64,000 nt of DNA from the NCBI GenBank assembly GCA_037443035.1, contig JBBIPC010000010.1:32001-96000 (forward strand), in the 5' to 3' direction. This document shows, piece after piece, positions 59,401 to 64,000 of the stretch (the first letter of the stretch is position 1; each line of letters begins with the position of its first letter). The notes beneath the pieces were generated by a model. The model saw nothing but the letters and a program-made list of their open reading frames with translations. It was not told where the DNA came from and ran no database searches. The translations under genes were made by a program, and so were the position numbers. The stretch comes from Chthonomonadales bacterium (GTDB lineage Bacteria; Armatimonadota; Chthonomonadetes; Chthonomonadales; CAJBBX01).

Positions 59401-60488
59401 ACCATCTCATATCGTTCAGAGGTGGCGCATGTGGCATTCCGTCGGGCGGTACGTTCGCGCACATCCACAGCGTCGGTGTGGCGCGGCACCTCGACTTCCT
59501 CTGTCCCGAAGGCTACAACCTTCAGACTGGGGGCTGGGCTAGTCCTACGCCCGCCGACGACATTCGGAAGGGCGGACTGGTGACCCTCTACTATCGGCAT
59601 GTGTCCCGCGAGAAGCCCGTCGTGTGGATGGAGTTCGGCTTCACGGTCAACGGCTTCGGCGAAGCCTGGACCCCGGAGCGTTTTCGGGTGCGACCTGCGG
59701 AACTGGAGCATCAGCGGTTAGAGATCGAACGCTTCTACGCGATGATGCTGGAATCCGGCGCACGCGGCGGAGCACCGTGGTGGCTGCCGGGCGGCTTCCG
59801 ACTGGGCGAGAACAGCGATTTCGGTTTCGTCGAGCCGGACGGCTCCGAGCGGCCCGTGTGCCGCGTCTTCCGTGAAAACCTCCCGCGGTTCGCACAGGTG
59901 CGCCATGCGACGCCGGATGCCTGGCTGACGATTGACCTCGAAGGCGAGCGCTGCCGAGCGTGGCAGTTGTATGCGCCGTCCTACCTCGACCTCATCAAAG
60001 CGGACAAGACCGTTGGTCTGCGCACAGATGGCACTGGCACCGACTCCGCGAACTGCCCTCTCGTATCTGTAAGTGGCACGCCCTGCAACGGACACAATCC
60101 TCCTCGCTTCCTGAACGCCGAGTTCGATAGGCTGGAAGTACAGCTTGGAAACGGCCCTTGGCGTGAAGTCCATGACGGGGATGTCTTGGATGTGCCAGCC
60201 GGTGCCGGCGTTCACTGCCGCGCGTCCGTGGGCAACATTGGCGAGGCGAAGTGGCTTGCCTCATCACCGGGAGGCGGAGCGGTACGACTAGCGGTACGGA
60301 GCGACCACGACTTGCTTATCTCCGCGCCCATCGCAGAAGATGTGCCGTATCTCGGGACGGGCGAAGTGCCGACGTTCACGCTGGTATCAGACCTCGAGCG
60401 CGAGGTTCGAATCTCGTTCGAGATGGAGGCTCAGGGTCGTACCAGGTTCGGTGAGCGGCGGACGATCACGCTCCGGCCGCGCAGATAG
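56439..60488 (+). CDS. Large secreted multidomain glycoside hydrolase (clan A-like catalytic domain plus beta-sandwich modules)
   Basis: Signal peptide; FQGINYWP, IERDL, WELAWEP, DPNHLISF, LDFLCPEGY, PVVWMEFG, ENSDFG. Confidence 0.65.
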   Translation: MGILRTTSRALAGLWLCAGALATTNAALRMPRGDERVLWQDDFTRPRAYERRPAHAWPRGGWIRAGQEMAILAPTMAPMRQGTVAADITIQERTGASWTWAGVSFYLEPGNSWQLLLVEGPDGNRYMELLEELDGTRQAQSLPNSASLLAVEEGGDLRSWQPGQRYVLGLTLGHESVEGVVQDPATGAQWRRLYKLDSRRAVRQGRPVMVASGISGQIHSFSVTGPQEHPGDSVAVRKGKNGSVVILRDQGGTVGDRLGAAFAKEGFGVTLVAWEDLLSKRLPQGRFDIFVLADARSLPVQARDEVVGTLTTGGCVMAIGAPAATTLVAHTPEGWKDRDGWLQVRARHLERTLLRVPAEGWRRTAFKQEQSASIAVDATEGEACWKVTCNLLGWDGWYAETGDAFSEERRLLVFEGRGDSTTTDLAVECVEGDGSRWIATVPLSTAWRWHILTPADFAYWPDSPTKNRGHPGDKLRPEHITRLSFALSGSHTPRVKPGPHTYWIRNISTARDETSEVPDFRITDVEGLWPGYKLYAMDKVAFLRTAAEQEILPRGDRRPWKHTACSPVWRERGRGFRRGRAWRWIPIVEAYDSAGTKRGAVVSLMVGDAVFPNAMWANVSVASPSEALGPQVLPAVLATAKAMKRGLFLLEGGAEYFSYRRGEPMVLGAKVLNASNQPRKADVHITIRGPSGSVLFEARRTLVLPPRAAIETEWTTSAKNLDPKGQIVRTVLYEAATPIDRIEHRIDVLRDTPARPEEFVRVEGSMFTLGGKPWYFQGINYWPTWMAGYPNLNQRSRECYDPEIIERDLAWLQAVGVNVVSAIAAIPPPDPDDAKGYRDQLDFVERCLRHGIRCYFTVPNGRAYAGADFSRIKDFIEKAGLRNHPGIMCWELAWEPIEGAWGHDLEKFGADWNRWIIEQYGSVDHAVGDWGFDPRTASDRPVPVPTWVQCTTSGPWNGFVAAFARAFSDLISREYGKVARQLRAWDPNHLISFRGGACGIPSGGTFAHIHSVGVARHLDFLCPEGYNLQTGGWASPTPADDIRKGGLVTLYYRHVSREKPVVWMEFGFTVNGFGEAWTPERFRVRPAELEHQRLEIERFYAMMLESGARGGAPWWLPGGFRLGENSDFGFVEPDGSERPVCRVFRENLPRFAQVRHATPDAWLTIDLEGERCRAWQLYAPSYLDLIKADKTVGLRTDGTGTDSANCPLVSVSGTPCNGHNPPRFLNAEFDRLEVQLGNGPWREVHDGDVLDVPAGAGVHCRASVGNIGEAKWLASSPGGGAVRLAVRSDHDLLISAPIAEDVPYLGTGEVPTFTLVSDLEREVRISFEMEAQGRTRFGERRTITLRPRR

Positions 60489-60533
60489 AGCAGGGTAGGG
60501 GCTGCAACAACGTCCTTCCTGGGTACCATGCGA

Positions 60534-60539
60534 TATAAT
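60534..60539 (+). promoter_or_regulatory. Putative sigma70 -10 element of ileS-lspA
   Basis: Perfect TATAAT in a high-GC intergenic region about 90 nt before ileS; no clear -35. Confidence 0.5.
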
Positions 60540-60552
60540 GAAGTCTCCGCTG

Positions 60553-60580
60553 AACGCGACCCCGCCTCAGGGGTCGCGTT
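60553..60580. other. Perfect 11-bp hairpin (ileS leader element or terminator-like stem)
   Basis: AACGCGACCCC-GCCTCA-GGGGTCGCGTT; no U-tract. Confidence 0.6.
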
Positions 60581-60631
60581 GCCTATCCGTCTGCTCCGCT
60601 AGGCAGACGCGTACAGGAGCCAGGCCGAACA

Positions 60632-63472
60632 ATGGACTATAAGAAGACGCTGAACATCACTTTGGGTGACAAGGACCCCGGGGCTATGCCTCAACGAGGG
60701 AACCTGCCGGCGCGGGAGCCCGAGATCCAGCGGTACTGGGACGAAATCCAGCTCTATCGCAAGTCCATTGAGAAGCCGGCTCCGAAAGGGACGTTCATCC
60801 TGCACGATGGACCGCCTTACTCCAACGGGGACATCCACCTGGGCCACGCGCTCAACAAGATCGCCAAGGACATTATTGTCAAGTACAAGACGCTCAGCGG
60901 ATACTGCTCGCCCTACGTGCCTGGCTGGGACAACCATGGCATGCCCATCGAGAATAACGTAGCGCGGGAGTTCATGGAACGGGGCGAGCGGCCCGACAGG
61001 GTGGCACTGCGCAAGCGCTGCAGGGAATATGCAAGTCAGTGGGTGGATCGTCAGAAGGCGCAGTTCATGCGCCTGGGCGTTCGCGGGGATTGGGAACACC
61101 CCTACCTGACGATGAGTACGGACTTCGAAGCGAAGATTATCGAGGTCTTTGGCATACTTGCGGAGAAGAGCTACATCTACCGCGGCCTCAAGCCTGTGCT
61201 CTGGTGTCCTTCGTGCGAGACGGCGCTGGCCGACGCCGAGGTCGAGTACGGCGAGCACACGTCCAACAGCATCTACGTGCGGTTCCCTGTCATGAAAGAC
61301 CCCTACCAGGTCTTTGGGGCAGGCGTAGGTTCACCGCCCAATGCGTATGTGCTCATCTGGACGACAACGCCATGGACGATCCCGGCCAATCTCGCCCTGG
61401 CAGTGCACGAGGACGCGGAGTACGTCGTGGTCGCCTTCGACGGCGATCGCTACATTGTTGCCGGACCACTGCTCGAGAAGGTGCTGCAGGACATCTCGGG
61501 CGAGGAACTCGCGTCGGCTGTCGAGCACCACGTGGTGCGCCGAGTCCGTGGTGCCGAGCTCGAAGGCATCGTGGCAAAGCATCCTCTCTTCGACCGGGAG
61601 TCGCCCATCGTCTTCGCGCCATATGTCACCATGGAAGACGGCACCGGCATTGTGCACACGGCTCCTGGTCACGGCAAAGAGGACTTCGACACCGGTCGGC
61701 AGTACGGGCTCGACGTGCTGTGTCCGGTGGACGCTTCCGGTGCATTCACGGCCCAGGCGGGTGCCAAGTTCGCGGGTGCACGGATTCTGGGAGGGGAAGC
61801 GGACAGGAAGGTGATGGACGCCCTCGGGGAAGCCGGCCATCTCCTCTCCAGGCGCAGCTACTCCCATAGCTATCCGCATTGCTGGCGCTGCCACAATCCG
61901 CTCTTGTTCCGGGCAACGGTACAGTGGTTCATGGATATTGACCACAACGACCACCGTCGGCGCTCCCTGAAGGCCATCGAGGAGACGCAGTGGGTCCCGC
62001 CTGTGAGCATCAACCGCATCAGCTCCATGGTCGCTAGCAGACCGCATTGGTGTCTCAGCAGGCAGAGAGCTTGGGGCGTGGGAATCCCGGCGTTCTACTG
62101 TCGAACCTGTGGCAAGGAGATCCTGGACAGATTCGCCATTGACGCCGTGCACGACCTCGTCCAACGCGAGCACTCCGACGCGTGGTACACGCGCTCTGCC
62201 TCGGAGATCTTGCCTGAGGGATTCGTCTGTCCGGCATGCGGAGGATCAGATTTCGACAAGGAAACAGACATCCTCGACGTCTGGTTCGATTCGGGCTCGA
62301 CCCATCTCGCGGTTCTGGACAATCCGGCCTGGCCAGAGCTGCGGTGGCCCGCCGATGTGTACCTGGAAGGATCCGATCAGCACCGGGGGTGGTTCAACTC
62401 ATCCCTCATGGTGTCTGTTGGGGTTCGAGACGCCGCACCATATCGGACCGTCATCACTAGTGGCTGGACCCTGGACGAGAGCGGGAAGGCCATGCACAAG
62501 TCTCTGGGCAACGTTGTGTCGCCCCTCGAGATCGTGGACAAGTACGGTGCGGACATCCTCCGGCTATGGGTGGCGTCAACGGACTACTTCGAGGATGTGC
62601 GATGCTCGGAGAACATCATCCAGCAGGTGGCGGAGGCTTACCGGCGCATCCGGAATACATTCCGGTTCCTCGTCAACAATCTCTCTGATGCGACGCGCGG
62701 GTACCGCCGTTTCGACCCGGCCACCGATGCGGTGCGGTGGGATGCCATGCTCGACCTCGATCGGTGGATTCTAGCCAGGCTGGATCAGGTCGTGGCGGCG
62801 TGTCGGGACGCTTACGAGACCTACGAGTTCCATCGTGTTTTCCATGCAGTGCACAACTTCTGCGCCGTGGACCTCAGCGCGTTCTACCTCGACGTGCTGA
62901 AGGACCGCCTCTACTGCGAGGCTGCGGGTTCGCTCCCACGACTCTCGGCACAGACCGCGCTCCATACCCTGGCGGAGACGCTGGCCATCGTGCTCTCGCC
63001 GATCCTGAGTCATACAGCCGAGGAGGTCTGGCGGTTACTAGTCATCCCGGGCAAAGCCGAAAGCGTGCAGCTTGCCGACTGGCCATCACCAATCTGCGTG
63101 GATGGGCAGGCCGTTCTGGACCGATGGACCCCGGTTCTGGCGCTTCGGGACGAGGTGAATGTGGCGATGGAGGCGGCCCGACAGGCCAAACGGATCGGGA
63201 ACCCACTGGAAGCGGCGGTGCGAATCCGAACGGACGTGGCATCCAGTGTGGCGCTTGCACCATTCGCTGCCGATCTTTCGGCGGTTTTCAAGGTTTCCTG
63301 CGTCGAGATCAGCGGCGCCGAGGGATGCACCGAGACTGTCATCGAAGTGGCACCTGCCGAAGGGGTGAAGTGTGCGCGTTGCTGGCTCGTACGGAAGGAT
63401 GTGGGAAGCGACTCGAGGTATCCGGACATCTGCGCGCGGTGCGCCAGCGTTGTAGCTGCGACGATGGGCTGA
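60632..63472 (+). CDS. ileS: Isoleucine--tRNA ligase (type 1)
   Basis: HDGPPYSNG, HLGH, WTTTPWT, WCLSRQR, EGSDQHRGWF, AMHKS, C-terminal CARC..CARC. Confidence 0.97.
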   Translation: MDYKKTLNITLGDKDPGAMPQRGNLPAREPEIQRYWDEIQLYRKSIEKPAPKGTFILHDGPPYSNGDIHLGHALNKIAKDIIVKYKTLSGYCSPYVPGWDNHGMPIENNVAREFMERGERPDRVALRKRCREYASQWVDRQKAQFMRLGVRGDWEHPYLTMSTDFEAKIIEVFGILAEKSYIYRGLKPVLWCPSCETALADAEVEYGEHTSNSIYVRFPVMKDPYQVFGAGVGSPPNAYVLIWTTTPWTIPANLALAVHEDAEYVVVAFDGDRYIVAGPLLEKVLQDISGEELASAVEHHVVRRVRGAELEGIVAKHPLFDRESPIVFAPYVTMEDGTGIVHTAPGHGKEDFDTGRQYGLDVLCPVDASGAFTAQAGAKFAGARILGGEADRKVMDALGEAGHLLSRRSYSHSYPHCWRCHNPLLFRATVQWFMDIDHNDHRRRSLKAIEETQWVPPVSINRISSMVASRPHWCLSRQRAWGVGIPAFYCRTCGKEILDRFAIDAVHDLVQREHSDAWYTRSASEILPEGFVCPACGGSDFDKETDILDVWFDSGSTHLAVLDNPAWPELRWPADVYLEGSDQHRGWFNSSLMVSVGVRDAAPYRTVITSGWTLDESGKAMHKSLGNVVSPLEIVDKYGADILRLWVASTDYFEDVRCSENIIQQVAEAYRRIRNTFRFLVNNLSDATRGYRRFDPATDAVRWDAMLDLDRWILARLDQVVAACRDAYETYEFHRVFHAVHNFCAVDLSAFYLDVLKDRLYCEAAGSLPRLSAQTALHTLAETLAIVLSPILSHTAEEVWRLLVIPGKAESVQLADWPSPICVDGQAVLDRWTPVLALRDEVNVAMEAARQAKRIGNPLEAAVRIRTDVASSVALAPFAADLSAVFKVSCVEISGAEGCTETVIEVAPAEGVKCARCWLVRKDVGSDSRYPDICARCASVVAATMG

Positions 63473-63599
63473 GTGGCAGCGAAAGGGGAAGGATCTCGGC
63501 GATGACCGTCGCAGCGAGCCGTTACAACCGCACAAAGGGGAAATGGGCAGCCAAGCTTCCTGCGGTTCCACCACCTTGCGAGCTTGGGAGGATGATCCC

Positions 63600-64000
63600 A
63601 TGCGGCCGCTGACCTTCTACCTCATCGCGGCGGTCCTCGTGGCGGCCGACCAGTTCTCCAAGTGGAGTGTTAGCCGTTCCGTTCCGCCTTCCGGACAGCC
63701 CATCATCTATGGCTTCTTCTCCATCACTCCCACCCACAATACCGGAGGGGCGTTCAGCCTCTTTCAGGCGCACAACTGGGTCTTCCTGGCCATAGCCGCC
63801 GTGGCGATCGTGGCCCTGTTGGTGGCGTACCACTTGCGGCGTCATGACGACCTCATTGTCTGCGCAGCTCTAGCACTGGCTCTTGGGGGTGCCATCGGTA
63901 ACCTGGTGGATCGGGCCACGTTCGGTTATGTCCGAGACTTCTTCCATCTCCACGACCTGAGCGGTCGCACCCTCTGGCCCATTTTCAACATCGCCGACTC
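63600..64000 (+). CDS. lspA: Signal peptidase II (3'-truncated by window end)
   Basis: Hand translation gives DQFSK, NTGGAFS, GGAIGNLVDR, VRDF, WPIFNIAD; GGAGG RBS; classic ileS-lspA order. Confidence 0.93.
   Translation, partial: MRPLTFYLIAAVLVAADQFSKWSVSRSVPPSGQPIIYGFFSITPTHNTGGAFSLFQAHNWVFLAIAAVAIVALLVAYHLRRHDDLIVCAALALALGGAIGNLVDRATFGYVRDFFHLHDLSGRTLWPIFNIAD

Noticed and set aside
60489..60631. T-box riboswitch before ileS
   Set aside because: No GGTGGNACC T-box sequence or specifier stem is visible, and the leader is short.
63473..63599. Stem CCAAGCT/AGCTTGG near the lspA RBS as a regulatory element
   Set aside because: A 7-bp stem with a long loop in GC-rich DNA is compatible with chance.
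1..64000. CRISPR arrays, tRNA/rRNA, IS elements, prophage or defence genes
   Set aside because: Intergenic gaps are short and no spaced repeats, tRNA-like segments, or transposase/integrase/nuclease motifs were seen by eye; small elements could be missed.

Overview
High-GC bacterial chromosomal segment, densely coding. I found no rRNA, tRNA, CRISPR array, transposase or phage gene. The [14 protein letters not shown] plus H-X9-DG prepilin-like protein, the secretin and the many secreted CAZyme-like proteins suggest a diderm of the Armatimonadota (inference). Layout: (1) 1-6985, type IV pilus/T2SS-like operon: PilX-like C-terminus, two minor pilins, fused PilM-PilN, PilO, secretin, PilP/GspC-like. 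(2) About 27.5 kb to 7.05 kb, one continuous minus-strand run. It opens with a Wzx/Wzy surface-polysaccharide cluster (UDP-L-FucNAc genes, kinase plus methyltransferase, GT4s, aminotransferase, priming transferase), then a partner-switching/c-di-GMP module (RR, REC-PP2C-kinase, STAS, pseudo-REC-GGDEF), then PPi-type phosphofructokinase and a DHDPS-family gene. (3) Acyltransferase, Gfo/Idh/MocA oxidoreductase, two small Cys-rich ORFs, argD, thpR. (4) Several uncharacterised secreted glycoside-hydrolase-like proteins and a HK-RR-hybrid HK cluster. (5) A putative metal/cofactor uptake operon (H-X9-DG pilin-like, FmdE, ECF S/T/A) behind a repeated operator-like motif. (6) Tat-exported FucI-like protein and a malectin-like protein. 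(7) nfeD-slipin-Zn ribbon-transaldolase, ileS, partial lspA. Best candidates for new biology are the pilin-FmdE-ECF operon with its operator, the HsbR/SypE-like switch coupled to polysaccharide and PPi-PFK genes, and the 11-Cys mini-protein. All calls come from motif recognition by eye; no searches were run.
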